62,501 nucleotides of DNA, filler included, from Sphacelaria rigidula (GCA_964200075.2; 7 parts of 7 records of this genome joined end to end with filler, not necessarily neighbours in it), one strand, 5' to 3'. Numbered from the whole stretch's first letter, positions 12,101-25,647 are shown. Numbers and translations: made by a program. The notes: generated by a model from the sequence alone, not told the origin.

Positions 12101-15100
12101 GTTTTCTACTGGCTGAGTTATATGGTATTACTGAGTGGTACCTATTCCCCCTCGCTGAGTTATGTGGTATACTTCAGCTGTACTTTCTCCACTGGAGGAG
12201 TGTTGACTCACAAGTTGTGTAACTCATGAGTTGTCTGATGTGTGAAACAGTTGGAACGTGGAAACTTGTGTCCGTTTTGCTTCAATCGTAGATAGTTTTT
12301 ACGATGCTGTCTGTACCCTGCAGAGTAATGAAAAATGAAGAATAAGAAGGAAAAGAAGATGAGAGGAAGGTGGTTCATGAGCAAAGTATGCGATTTTGTT
12401 CCATATATGTTTTGTACTCTTGTGAACTGGGGGAATTATTTTAGTAAAGAACCACGAGGTTGTGGCTGCACCTGCTCGAGAACAACGAGGCTCCCATCAC
12501 GATGTCTTTTTTTTTCGTTCTGTTACTGCACGAGGTGATGGAAGGTGAACAAGAATCGTTTTGTTCCTGGGAAAAGTGTTTTAGTCGTGGGTATGATGGC
12601 ACAGATGACATATGGAACATGATCCTCTTTCAGTCAGAGAGTCTACTGCTATATCTCGCGAGAGTATGCAAAGAGAGGGGCCAAAGAACATATGACCCTG
12701 CACATACCTATATATATATACATATATCTAAATGTATTTTGCGTATCGCCATACTCTTTACCCCGTCTCTTCCTCGAGACGACTCGGGACGCGCCTGTAG
12801 TCTCAGCGTATCAAACCCATCTCTCTGTTCCCGTACCTACCTTGAATTTTGTTGCCGAGGATTTGACCGGCTCTACTGCACCCCGTTGACTTTTTTTTTG
12901 CTTCCAACGAGAAGCTATGATGATCGGCTGTATTATCGTCGTTTCAAGATTGTTATGCCGTGCCGTGCCGTGCTCTCCCTCGTTTGGTTTGTTGATGCGT
13001 GCCTGCGTGTACGTTGTGATGGCTCCTTCCTGCGGTTTTGTCCCCATGCCCCCCCCTGCTTGTTCTGCAACATGATCCCAACACAGATGGGTGGCACAGA
13101 AGAAAGCCGAACAGCCTGATTTCTTCGACAAGCTCGCCAGCGTGCACAAGCCGGAGTTCCTGTTCATCGGCTGCTCAGATGCTCGTCTCTCCGTGCAGCA
13201 CATGCTGGTGAGACTTGTTGGGAGGTTGGCGTCGTGTGCAGGCAGGGCTTTTGCTCAAACTCCCCTTCCCCTGTCCATCACCACCCGTCTCGAAAGGGAT
13301 GCGTGTTCACTTGTCGCATGACTTGACCCTTTGAGACCTGGTGATGGGAAATTGATGATATGCATTTGATCGTTTTTAGACACCTCCAACATTTAGGTAC
13401 TCCTCACGTTTCTTGCATACATTACACGAAAACCTTTTGCAGAGCTTGCCCCTTTCCTTTTTCGCCGTCTGTGGCCACCATCTATCTCCCAGTATAGCCA
13501 TCGTTTCCTCACTACTGACTAATGCACCACACGAATTCATGCCACCTTCGTTTTTCCTTGTATATAGTGCACATTATGCCACTCCATGGAGTCTAATCTC
13601 TTCAGCCTTAGTCGAGCCTGCCCTTCCGGCAATATCTTCTTGTCGCCAGCCTTGTCTCGTAGCAGCTTTCGGGCTGACAGTACTGGAGTATCCAGCGTGG
13701 GTGCGGTTTTATGACGGACACAGGCGGTGTGGGCTTTCCAGAGCACCCGAACAGGTTACGAAATTGACATTGACAACATTTTTTATTTGAAGAGGTTTCA
13801 ATAAAACAAGTTGAATACCTGTCACTATCTTTAGATACTGGAGTTAGTCCGCATTACACAAATTAAACACTGATGTTGTGTCCTGTTGAGGGTATCCCTG
13901 GAAGTGTTTTTTTTTCGGTGGACAGAGTAAACCGAGGCTGGTTCACCGGCGTTGGGCTACAAATGTCCATGGTTGACACAATCCTACAAGTATCGCCACC
14001 CCTAACCCCAACCCAACGCGTACCGACATCCCTCGGGCAGGGGCGGTACATACATTATTTGGGCATAATGCGGCCTTGGTATACCCCGATTCGATGATTT
14101 CAACGAAAACGTGTTCAGCGCACACTAGAGCACACATGACTCTCAGCCCCACCAAAGATCCGACTCCCGTTGTACACACTCAAATCAAGTAACATCAACC
14201 ATTGACATTTGTAGCCCAACGCCTGTAAACTCTACTGAGTAAATCACACCAGAATGTGTATCGAACACTCCGGTGTGGTTTAGCAGGGTATCGAGCCCTG
14301 ATTGGAACACTCTGGTATCTTACGCAAGGCACCAACCTGTCAAGTCGTCACAGAAAGCATGAACTGTGGACTCCTCTGCCTCGACATTGTTGAGTCAAAT
14401 GACGGCGTGTGGCGGTCGAAAGGCTTACGTGTCTGTGTGTGTTTTCGGCGCATCCTGCTTTTGTTGCTGTTCCGCAGGGCTTGGAAGCAGGGGAGCTGTT
14501 CGTACACCGCAATGTGGCCAACATGGTGATGCACAACGACCTCAACCTGCTCACCGCGCTCACGTATGCTGTCGACTACTTGAAGGTGCGTCGGAGTCCA
14601 TGCGGTATATACAACAGATACTTTATCCTCAAATACCCTCGCGTCGTGCGTTTTCACGTTCTTTGTTTCCCCTTGCCTTTATCAATCTGAGGAGTACCTC
14701 CTATATGTAAATACATGCCTTTTGAGTCTCATAAGCCTGCTTGTTAATTATGGGTATTTGGTGGTTTGCGTGTGTAACGGGTTCGGGGATGATCCTGCAT
14801 TCGGGTTTTTGGCAGAATGCAACGCTACACTTGAGTTCAGTACAGAAGGCGATGGTCAACTCTATCAGATAAGTAAAACAGACTGATCCTGATTTCAGTT
14901 TCTCGTAAGCGGGCCGTTGCTGTGTTGCAAGCGGCCTAGAGAGGACCGACTCTCGAATGGTCTTGGCCAGCTGCCCTACCTACCCTCTCTTGGTTGCCAG
15001 GATAACTGCACACGGGAAGGAACGATTGCTCATTTTGCGGTAGTTGAGTAGACCTCAGCGACGATTCCGATTTGTACGCCGCGGAGAGCGATGGCAATGT

Positions 15101-17527
15101 ACACAGTGCTTCACTGTTGTCTTCAGCGGTGGATGGCCAAGAAACCAAACGGCAAGCACCCTGTAGATACACGCTACCGTTGAAGAAAACCCTTCTACAG
15201 ATGATCCAGCATTGCCTTCCACAGTAGTATCAAGTCCTCCCAAATATTGATGGTAGAGCTGAGTTCTGAACCAGTACACGCTTGCAATACTACCGATACT
15301 TCGAAAATGTAGCGAGTACTGCCAGTCCTTTTCCTGTTCACGTATGTCTCACTAGAACGCCTCATTATTAAGCGGAAATCCACATAATTTCGCCTCCAGT
15401 GAAACCTAAATCGCTCGAAGATCCTCCTCCGGCGGGGCTTCGCCGTGGTGCCAAGGTACTGGCAGGATCCAGTATATAATATACTGGCTGGCTACGCCGG
15501 TACCCAGCTCTACCAAGTAGGCTAGAGAGCAGTATGATGTTTCGTATATATCCTAGCAGGGCCGTCGGTGAGCGTACGACAACTGCCATATGTGAAGCTG
15601 ATGTAGCGCTGACAAGGTGAAGGGTGTCTATGAATTTTGATGTCAAAAATAGTCAGGCGTCTTCGTATACCAGCTGTAATACATGCGTTTGTCGAATGTG
15701 GTCGCAATGTTTCTCTGCTCACGAGAGACGGCCCTTTTCATGATGGAGCAATTTGACCCCAATTGTCACCGAGGCAGCAACATACTGTACTTCTTTTTCA
15801 CGAGGAAACAAGGCTTGCATGAAATTTTTTTACACTAAAATCGCATCCAATGTCTCAACCATGAACTTCACAGATGGTGTTATTTCGCACGCGCCGTTTT
15901 GTTCCTTCCCCCCCCCCCCCCCTTCCCTTTTTGTTATTCCCTTGTGTTTGTCTGAAGGTAAAACACATCATTGTGTGCGGACATTACGACTGCGGAGGAG
16001 TACGAGCGGCGATGCAAAACCACGACCACGGGCTCATCTCGAACTGGATTATGGGCATCCGAGACGTGGCCAGATATCACAGAAAAGAGCTCAAGGTAAA
16101 GGGAACAAGAAACAACAGGGAAACACAAATAATTCTGTCGCGCGTGGATTGTGTAGTGAGATATCTGCCTGTAGACGTGTTGGCGAGTACCCGCTCACCC
16201 CCCCCCCCCCCTCCCCGTCGTGTACATTACGGCGCTTCTCGCTTGGTTATGGATTGCAAACGTGGTCCGGCGAGAACCGGCGTGCTCCGCCCCGGATTCG
16301 TCGGCATGCGATTCGTCGGCATGCGAAGTCAAAGGCCATATGACCACGACATGCGAGATCATGAGTATACTCTCCCCCCCTTCCCGTCGTGCGCCGTGCA
16401 CTATGCGTTGTGCGTTGTGCATTGTATGCAACTGCGAGTTTTGTGTACTGGTGCGAAATCGCGTTTGCACGGGAGTAGTGTACACGTGTTTTCACCCTAC
16501 GCCGTTTGTGGTATGGACGTGCGTGACGTTCAACAGGGAGCGTGTCTTCCCCCAAGTTATCGAGACGAACCATGGGTTACGAAGGATAGCATCCCCTTGT
16601 TTTTATGTTTTTATATTGACCCTGATGTTCAATTTTTGATGGTGCAACTTTTCGGCGTCCCTATCGTAACTTCGGAATCTCATGAGAAAAAACGAATTCA
16701 AAATTTCATGCCTGGGGATTTTATCTCGCGCGGTCTACGGCACGCGTCGATATGTGTGTGTATATATATACGAGCTGGGCTAGCCAATAGTGGGTGGTTT
16801 TCTCGCTCAGGCGACGCACGGCGCGATATTAGGAGTTGGATGCTGAAATTTTGACAGGAACTTTTTGTGATCGACATGGAGAACATCACGTGAGCAGCAA
16901 AGAAAAATAAACAGGAAGTCATGGAGATTTGGAATTTCAGCGGAAACAAGGTAATGTCATAAGTCCAGCAAAAAAACGATAATCTGCAGCTACTCACGGG
17001 AGGTATCATTTTCTTGGGTGCAGAAGGTCTTACTCCGACACGCTATCGCCCAACAATATGAGGAGCACCCCGTACTCTATGCAGTACAATAATGTCATCG
17101 GCAATACGACGCCAATCAAAGAGCGACGCAGTCCTTTGTCATCAGGTGGGTCTGCAGTTCACAGTGATATGCTTACATCGGGTCCATTCGGGAAAGTGGG
17201 AAAGCTGTGGTGTGAGCAACTTTTAGCCGTGTTTAAGCCGTCCCAGCTCGTATATCCCAAGTATAGCTATATCCAATGTTCGACTCCGGATACTCTGGTG
17301 ATTATTTTTCAGTCTGTACTCGAGAGTCATTTCGCATATTATGTGTGATTTGGAAATGACGCGCTGTAGCCAAGTAATTGAGACCGGCCATACTAGGATT
17401 TGAAATCCCCATCACCGCTCCTGTGTCCGGTGCCCGTATCGTTGTCGTCTGTGTTAAGGAACTGGACGACGATGAGGCTATCCACCGTCGCCTTGTGGAG
17501 CTGAATGTACAAGAACAGTGCGTCAAG
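9123..17527 (+). CDS. Beta-carbonic anhydrase, 5'- and 3'-partial
   Basis: Seven phase-consistent GT-AG exons: 9123-9208, 10101-10206, 11214-11313, 13087-13207, 14478-14585, 15958-16095, 17459-17527. Peptide [10 protein letters not shown]...FIGCSDAR...[11 protein letters not shown]...[22 protein letters not shown]...LVELNVQEQ has the Zn ligands Cys/His/Cys and the Asp-Arg dyad. The first two exons are less certain. Confidence 0.93.
11825..12059. mobile_element. Second piggyBac-type MITE copy in a beta-CA intron
   Basis: TTAA-ccccttcggaacc...gttccaaaaggg-tt; internally colinear with 3424-3715 but lacking the microsatellite expansion. Confidence 0.8.
13946..14225. mobile_element. Tc1/mariner-like MITE in a beta-CA intron
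   Basis: ~31-bp TIR c(c/a)ggcgttgggctacaaatgtc(c/a)atggttga; flanks CA and TA (degenerate TA TSD). Confidence 0.75.
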
Positions 17528-17787
17528 GTGAAATGTGGACGGGCCTGTGAAGTAGACGCGAGGAATAGACGAAACGACAAAGGAGGAGATGGAGTATTCG
17601 AAACGGACCCGAGACACTTCCTCATTCGTTCATGCGATGTTTTTATCGGCGTTTACGTGTGTTATCTGTGTGTTTCCTCGTCTTGTCATCTATTCTTGAC
17701 ACCAGCCTACACCTTTTCAAGGGTCGGACAAATAATGATTCGTCTGGAAATTACTTGGTCTTGGTATAATGATTCGACTCGTGATGA

Positions 17788-17887
17788 NNNNNNNNNNNNN
17801 NNNNNNNNNNNNNNNNNNNNNNNNNNNNNNNTTAATTAATTAANNNNNNNNNNNNNNNNNNNNNNNNNNNNNNNNNNNNNNNNNNNN
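17788..17887. other. Artificial contig spacer 2
   Basis: Same 100-nt spacer. Confidence 0.99.
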
Positions 17888-18501
17888 ATGTCTGACACAC
17901 TTATGAGCCTCGTTTTTCGGGCAACCAAATACCCTCCCCCCTATCGTAGGATGACTCCAAAGCTCATTAGACTTTTCGGTTTTTGTCAGTTTTTCTTGAT
18001 CAGCTTCTTCAATAATGTTTTACCAAAAAAATGAAAAAATTTCACACGTCGGACGAGCACGAGTATGTCTCGTGGCACTCGCACTCGTTGGGCTGCTCGT
18101 TGGCCGTGAAAAATATCAGGGTGAGTACTTGAGTCACTGCTCGTTGTAACACGGGATTTCCAAATTGGGCATGGATTATTTATCGGGGATGAGAACCCGG
18201 AGAAATCAAGTCTTCGAAGTATGCTCCCATTTTTTCACTTGCTGGTAGCCATTGATAACTACTACACGCCAAACAGATTTGAATTTCGATACCCGAAATG
18301 TCGGGGTCGTAGGTGAAAAACCAATTTTGGGGGGTTTTAGGAGTGCATATCTGCACAATGTCCATCTACATTCGTCCAGTTTTAAAGCTTGTTTTTATTT
18401 CATCCAAGCAGCCCCCCCCCCCTACCAGAGAGAGGGAGAGAGAGATCGGGGTTCTACCGAAGAGTGTCTATCGAGTGGTAAATTTACAAAACTAATAGGG
18501 C

Positions 18502-18711
18502 GAGCACTCGCGTCATTGCTCGCTGTGGAAAAATGAATGGATCGAGTGCACGAGTCACTGCTCGTTGTGGAAAAATTACGGACTCAAGTACAGGAGTCAT
18601 TGCTCGTTGTGGAAAAAATACAAACTCAAGCACAGGAGTCATTGCTCGTTGTGGAAAAAATACAAACTCAAGCACAGGAGTCATTGTTCGTGGTGATAAA
18701 AATACATACCC
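18502..18711 (+). repeat. 42-bp minisatellite, 5 units
   Basis: Unit aagcacaggagtcattgctcgttgtggaaaaaatacaaactc; further units at ~18850-18925 and reverse-complement units at ~35460-35600. Confidence 0.9.
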
Positions 18712-19705
18712 TGAACAACAGAATACAGTCAAAAAGTGTACTGTGTACAGTACCGACTATTGCGCCTATTGCAATAGACAATAGATTCCATACTGAAACG
18801 CAGTACAGTTTTTGACAATGGAATCTTTCGTCCAGGGTGTGCAAAAATAATGACTCGAGCACACGAGTCGTTCATCGTTGTGGAGAACTGCCTGATTCGA
18901 GCACACGAGTCATGCTCGTTGTGTTTCAAAAAACGTCCACGATCGCACTCGTTTTGACGAGTGATGATTCGTCCGACGTGTAATAGTTCTTGGAATTTTT
19001 TCCTCCGGGAGGTTGGAGAATAAGGGGTTGGGGGGCCACGTGTCCAAAAATCTTTTCCCGATACACCCCTGACCCACTAGTGAAAAATGAAAAATACGTG
19101 CAGTGACTGCTTTCGGGAAAGGTTACTCTGAGAGTGAGACCTTCGTTGGTCTCGGTTGCAGAAATACTGCGAACAGTGTTTCCGTGAAATTGAGAGTAGA
19201 GGTTACGCTTGAGAGTGAAAACCGGAGAAGTAGTGAGTGACTCGTTCCAGTTCCGAAATGCCCCTTCAGGAGGCTCAAGATGCTTTCCACAGTAGCTTGC
19301 CACTGAGGCCCTTGATATCCCTGAGTGGGATATCGACGTGTAGCAGTGGGCTCACGCAAGTGATGGAGGCAATGAAAAGCACACACAATGAAAAAATGGT
19401 TACGTTACGGCGAGTGATCGAAACCATTTTTAATCAGCACGCTACTCCCCTTTTCACGAAAACGTTTTTTGCCCAAGATCTGAAAAAAAAAACATTTCGT
19501 CAAATGTTCGCCCACCGACGCGTTTCATGGCCAAAAAGACGGGCAGAAAACGCTCAGGTGTAGCTGACAGTGCACCCAGGAGCGCCCCAGGAACAGAGAG
19601 CTCTCATATTTCAGGTATGCATCACGCCTCGTCTGTACACCCTCATTTTCCCTATTCCGAGATCATGTGTCGGTATCGGTTGAGGGGCGTACCGTGTTCA
19701 CCCCA

Positions 19706-20232
19706 CATCAGTATGGGCGGGAATGACTAGAGCTCGTCCGATTCGTGATTCTGCTGCCCCAGCGTAAGACTGGGCGTGTCAGGCATTGAGGTGTTGCTGA
19801 CGAAGTACCACAACTCGTCATGTTCTACTTATTCCGTGAGGTGGAATTCGATCGCTCTCGCGGGCGCTCGATCATGGCGAAAAGTCCTTTGACGGGCAAT
19901 CGACGCAAAAGACGACGTCAGCATGGGAGTTCGGCTGGGGTGGCATCTGTCAAATGATAACGGTTGTCGCAAAGTTATCTCAAAGACAAAAAGTCCTGTG
20001 TCGAACAAACAGGTGAAAGCTTTGGAGCTGTCGAGCCTTCAGTTTTCTGGGACTTCAAGCTAGGTGTCAGAAACGTTACCAATCGTTGATGGCGACATTG
20101 CTGTACGATTCTACGTTGTAGGCTCTTCATAATGTGACGCAGAAGTCACCAATGTAGGATTGTTCATCCACTGACGGGGAACATGAGCTGGGTCAAGGCA
20201 GTCGCGAGACACCTGAGTTTTGGATTGACGAT
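19706..20232 (+). pseudogene. Degenerate 28S (LSU) rRNA fragment, peptidyl-transferase region
   Basis: Colinear matches to eukaryotic LSU landmarks: gaagtaccacaac, ctacttattccgtga, gggagttcggctggggtggca-tctgtcaaatgataacg, ggtgtcagaaacgttacca, ggattgttcatccact..ggggaacatgagctgggt..gtcgcgagaca. Many substitutions and deletions; the 5' ~90 nt are weak. Confidence 0.85.
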
Positions 20233-20327
20233 GTGTCTAACACAATACTTCGACATAACAATAGGCGTCGAAATAATGATGACTCATTGCCCCCCACGCT
20301 CGTCCGCGTCATGAGTAAGACCCACAG

Positions 20328-20513
20328 AGACCACTGGCGGGAAACTACGGAGGAATCGCCCGTCGGAGTAGTCGCGGATCAACATCAAACAGCAGTACAA
20401 GCGACAAATTAACCTTGGAACTGCTTGCAAAGCGTCTAGACCATCTGGAGCAAGAACTGGGCGACACACGGGAAGAAGTGAAGCAATTGCGAGGCAGTGT
20501 GGGGATCCTGTAG
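20328..20513 (+). CDS. Orphan terminal exon with predicted coiled coil, unknown gene
   Basis: cccacag| acceptor, open frame RPLAGNYGGIARRSSRGSTSNSSTSDKLTLELLAKRLDHLEQELGDTREEVKQLRGSVGIL*, convergent with atpC. Confidence 0.5.
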   Translation, partial: RPLAGNYGGIARRSSRGSTSNSSTSDKLTLELLAKRLDHLEQELGDTREEVKQLRGSVGIL

Positions 20514-21057
20514 CTTGAAACTCAAGAAAGTGCCGACGGTCAAATCTTTTCTCAAAAACAAATACGAAGCCAGAACATGAGAGCACAACGGTTTGTCCGT
20601 AACTAGCAAACATTTACGGTGTGTCATTGTGCACAAAAAGACGGCGTCCTGACGCAGGAAAACAAACTGCAACTGTTAAATCACTGCATAATTAATCCCT
20701 TTTCTTGGGGGTGGACGGGGATGCTAACCTCGAAGGTTGCACACGCCATTTTAGGACCCCGCCCGGCATTAACACTACATTACATTGCCTTCTATCGTCA
20801 TGTCGGAGGAATTTACGTGAAAAATCAATTTCATCGACCTCCAATGCCGAAACGACGCCCGTATGAGCGTTCAATTCAAACTCCCAAACACATCAAAATG
20901 ACGATGCTCTATGGACAAAAAGTGTTTTTTCTACGCCGTGAAAACGCCTACTGCGAAACACGAATGAATCCCCACCCCCTCACTACTCGACCCCTTCCGG
21001 CGTATCATAAGAATAGCCCGAGGCTACGTCAAAAATTTCACCATAATTTCGATTGCC

Positions 21058-24000
21058 TTAACCGGAAGCGTCTGCACCGGCAACGATCTCCAGAAGCTCC
21101 TGGGTAACGCTAGCCTGACGGGCGCGGTTGTACTGCTGGGAAAGACGTTTGGACAAGTCCGCTGCGTTGTCCGAGGCCGCAGCCATGGAAGCCATCCGTG
21201 CAGCAAGTTCAGCCGCGACAGACTCTTGGAGCATGCGAAGGATTTGACCGTCGAGGTACAGGGGAAGGATGGAGTTGAGGATCTGGATAGGATCCTGCTC
21301 GAAGATGAGGTCCTGCGTCAGTTCAGCCGTCTCCACTTCTGGCGCATCTTCCCTGGTCACCTTGAACTTGCCCCCCTCGGTCGTAAGCTGGAACAGCTCG
21401 TCCTCCTCGTCCTCGATACCGCGGAGGGACAGAGGCAGGAGAGTACGAATGGAGGGTTCAGACGCGATAAGCGACACGAATTTTGTGTACACAATCTCCA
21501 CGCTGTCTGCCTCTCCCGATAGGTAGTCACTCAGTAGTTCCTGCGCGATGGCGGACGCATCAGCGGCGTTGGGCATCTGGCCGCAATCGAAGGATCGTCT
21601 GATCGTGTACTGTTCTCTGCGTCGCATGTACTGCGTGAGCTTCTTCCCGATCGTGATGTACTCCACGTTGTAACCCTGGCTCGTGAGCTCTTTGCCTCTG
21701 GCCTCCACCTTCTTGATGATGTAGCTGTTGTACGCGCCACACAATCCTCGGTCACCTGAGAGACCTACAAGAACAACGTTCTTCACGTCTCTCGCGGTGA
21801 GAAGAGGGAGGCTCACGTCCTCCTTACCCAGCTGCTGGATGAGGGCTCCGAAGATGCTTTGAAGAGTCTCGGAGAAAGGACGCGTTTTCATCACTGCCTC
21901 TTGTGCGCGGCGTACCTTCGCGGCGGCCACGAGTCGCATAGCCGTGGTGATCTTCTTCGTGTTGTTAACGCTCGAGATACGGGTTCTGCAAGGTCAGAGC
22001 AGCACAACATCAGAACAGCAGGAAAAAGAGTGTTGGATACTTCCCCCATCACAATATATTTGGCCCACAGACGGACAATGTCGACCGTTGCACTCAGGAC
22101 GAGACGGATGCAGACGAATTCTCGGCTCGTGGGCGATTCACGGGGCTGTTACCAGTGCGTCTGCAGCGCCTTGCGTATCATTGTATCATCACGCCGAATT
22201 GCACTGCACGTAAGCGAACCACGACAACAGATGTGCAGACACGTCAAAGCTACGGCAAATATGCATGTAAATCACTCCAGAGTTCAGGTACTCCACTCAA
22301 CGAACAATTTTTGATACTGTTCGCCCGTGTAAAAGGACGACAACGGGAACACCGCCGAGGCGCGGCGCTCACAGCACAGCAGTCAGCTATGGACCCCAGA
22401 ATTATCAACATTGTTGAGACATGATGGTTAAATTCCCACTTTGGGATGGAATCGAGTGATGTCAAACCCTGTTCTGCACTAACTGTGTGTGATTAATGAC
22501 GATACAGCCGACTACACCAGGACATACTGGGATCACAGCTGGCTTTTTTTTTTCCCAAAAGATTTGCGTTGCAGTGCTCTTTCAAACGCCAGAACCACAT
22601 GAGCGGAAGATTTCACCAAGAACTTGAGAGGATCAAGGAAGGACACCTTTGCGGTCTACGGTGGACGACTCATCAGATCTAACCTCGCATGCCTGTTCAC
22701 GCTTTCGCCGTTTTTTTTCACGTTCTTCAATCTTTGCAACTGTTCGGAACAACAGCGATGGTCACCCTTCAATAAAAATGTGCGCTACAGCAGGGCGATG
22801 ATACACGGTAGTGTTGACAATGAACGCACAGGGTAGACACAACGGTACTGCGTTTCCCGAACATCACCAGTGAGTGAGTACACGTCGGCCAAACCCTCAA
22901 AACGTCTGGTGGTCGGTAAAACTTGGTGTGAATGTACACCTCCCTGGCTGTACTGCTGCTGCTGTTGGCAAAAAATGATGCCCTGTGCGGCCCGTTCACG
23001 TTGGTGCTCATACTATCGTTCTGCAAATGCAAGCAACCCAGTTCGATGCAAGTTCAAAAGTTGAAAGCTAGAATGTGTTCATTGTAAGCCGCTCCCTTTA
23101 ACAGACGAGAATAAAAATCTGGAATAACGACTTTTTGGAGCGTTCACGTCGTCTTACGCCCCGAAGAGAGCTAGACGGAGTTTGACACGTTGGAATGACT
23201 TGCTCTACTAGTTGAGGCGGTTTCAGGACATCTTCCTGTTTTTCGATGGCCGCAGTTTTCATTTTGGCCGAACAAGATTTTTGTCCAAGAACGGTGGAAA
23301 AGAGGCAAGGCTAGAGAAAAGTGGCGATTTTTTTAAATTTGACCATGTTTACCGTTCTTGGACAAAATAAAAACTGCCGCCATCGGAAAACGGGAAGATG
23401 TCCTGGAACCGCCTCCATAATTTAAGCAAGTCATTCCAACGTGTCAACTCCGTCTGGCTCTCTTCCGGCGCTCAAGACGACGTGAAAGCTCCAAGAAGTC
23501 TGCTCTACTAGTTAAGGCGGTTCCAGGACATCTTCCCGTTTTCCGATGGCCGCAGTTTTCATTTTGGCCGAACAAGATTTTTGTCCGAGAACGGTGAAAA
23601 ACAGTCAAGGCCAGAGAAAAGTGGCGATTCTTCCTAGATTTGACTATTTTCACCGTTTTTGTCCAAAATGAAAACTGCGGCCATTGGCCCAAACGAGAGG
23701 TAGTCGGAGTTTGACACCTTGGAAGGACTTGCTTTACTAGTTGAGGTGGTTCCAGGACATCTTCCCGTTTTCCGGTGGCCGCAGTTTTTATTTTGGCGGA
23801 ACAAGATTTTTTTGTCCAAGACAAAAAAGACTTTCCAGATTTTTATTTTTGTCTGTTATAAGGAGCGGCCTCATCCTGTGTTGACAAACAATCTTCAGAT
23901 AATTTTTCCTCTGGTTCGCCCCCGCTATGCCACGTGCAAGGAGGCGCGCCATCGTCGACGTTTGGTATTTCTGCTCAGAAATCATCAACTCCGGCCCGCG

Positions 24001-25647
24001 GTCCGGCAAAACCCAGGCGATCATCGTGTTTTGAAGTTCATGTAAAAAAGTAGCAGCTACGGTATATGTGGTGTTACTGTTTTTTCGCGTCCTTTTCATG
24101 TGGTGGAACGCTTGTGTCGCAGCAACGTCTCCTTCATTCTTTGTAATCCAACCGCGGACAATAATAAGAAACAGGTGACTGTTAACAGCGATCACGTGGG
24201 TACACGAGGCTGTTCATCTTTCGTTGATTATTAGGTCGGTGCCCTTACGTTGTCCCACGAGTAGGGCTTGGACTTCCAAGACTGATACATGACCAGAGGT
24301 GCGTATACTGAAACTGCACCTACAGCTGAAAGAGACCCAGCGACCAGACGCGCGACAACCTGAACTACAGCAAATGTTGAGAATGCAGAACCGCGTCATC
24401 CATCTAGCCATCACATGACGGCCCCAAACATGCGCAACACCAGCCTGGGATATTACTTCCGAGGGAGCACGCATATGCAAGTCTGCAGGCGACGTTTCTA
24501 CTTGAACATGCCCGTGTCCAGCTTGTCGTTTCTTCTCCAAGGACCAATCGGACGTCCGACATGCGTGTAGTATGCCGTTAGAGACCTGGTGGCATCTACG
24601 GATACATAATCCAACTACAGTACCACCACCACAGCAGCGCACTGCAGAGATTACGTGCTCTGGATTGATGATTTGCATCCGAGTGCATAGTCAACTGTAC
24701 TGTACTCGTAGCATCACTATGACAGAGATGAGGTTTGCGCTACAGTACTTGGGATGGTGAGGTGCAAAATCAGAACGCCACTTGAACCCACAGAAACGTT
24801 GTCTGGACGTTCAAGAAAAGTGAGACAAGGCGACCACCGCCACCGCCAAGTCTGCGAGCAAGTGCTCAGCGTCGAATCTTCCACGAAAAAGTGCACTTTG
24901 ATATGGCACCGCCTCGCATACCTGATTGAGAGGCTGTGCCGGTGTAGTTAGAATAAAACACCACGTCACTTGAAACTGGTGAGGACTCGAAAAGGTACTC
25001 TAGGAAAAGTTCAAGCAGCTGGGGATATAAATTACACAAATAGCACTCGATTTCATGCGTGCGACGGTATCAGACGGCCTGACGCGACTTCATGTCGGAG
25101 CGACCTCAGCATGTGCTGTTTACATGTCATGCACGGCATGCGACGAAAAGCTCGGGTGTACCCTCCCGCTCAGGGAATAATCTCAATCATGAAGGGTTCC
25201 TGGTTGCTGTGTATCATGCATGCAACATGTGCTCTCAAGTCCTTTTTTACACACGTCTTCCCACGGAATCAATTTTTTAGTCCAAGGCATATATTCGGGG
25301 TTTTGCATGTTTGCGACGGGGTTGATCGTGTGTGATACGCGCCAGTCGACCTGTTCCTACAACGCTAAACGAGGCGGAAGGTGGACTAAGCGCACCGCAA
25401 TCACATGGGCAACAGCATTTGCCACACTAGGTACTGACATACGACGGAGTGCGTACCTGAGACTGTTCTCCTTCCCGCCCATCCGTGGGGTCACCACCGA
25501 CGTGCGACGTACTGGAGCAACGGTGCTAGCGTCGCTCTCTATCACACGTACGCCGCCGAAACCAGTCGTTCCCACTGATCCCATGAAGGCTGATGCACAA
25601 GCCGCTCCACCCAGGAGGACGGCCATAGTACCGGTAATTTGCACCAT
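21058..25647 (-). CDS. atpC: Plastid ATP synthase CF1 gamma subunit (nucleus-encoded), complete, 372 aa
   Basis: Exons 25457-25647 and 21058-21985 (AG|GTACGC...TTGCAG|A). Signal peptide with CASAF motif, then RISSVNNTKKITTAMRLVAAAKVRRAQ, SGDRGLCGAYN and YNRARQASVTQELLEIVAGA. Confidence 0.97.
23129..23500. mobile_element. Fold-back MITE (~370-bp imperfect palindrome) in the atpC intron, followed by partial tandem copies to ~23820
   Basis: gactttttggagcgttcacgtcgtctt...gacggagtttgacacgttggaatgacttgct mirrored by agcaagtcattccaacgtgtcaactccgtc...aagacgacgtgaaagctccaagaagtc. Confidence 0.85.

Noticed and set aside
12460..12495. Alternative beta-CA exon (HLLENNE resembles YLLENNK)
   Set aside because: No suitably placed GT donor in phase 2; the exon at 11214-11313 already supplies this motif.
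15874..16854. 326-aa ORF as a standalone gene
   Set aside because: Only 15958-16095 is beta-CA exon; the rest is intron read-through.
18502..18711. CRISPR array
   Set aside because: Head-to-tail 42-bp units with no unique spacers, no cas genes, eukaryotic context.
19706..20232. Functional rRNA gene
   Set aside because: Deletions in universally conserved peptidyl-transferase segments and no flanking rDNA.
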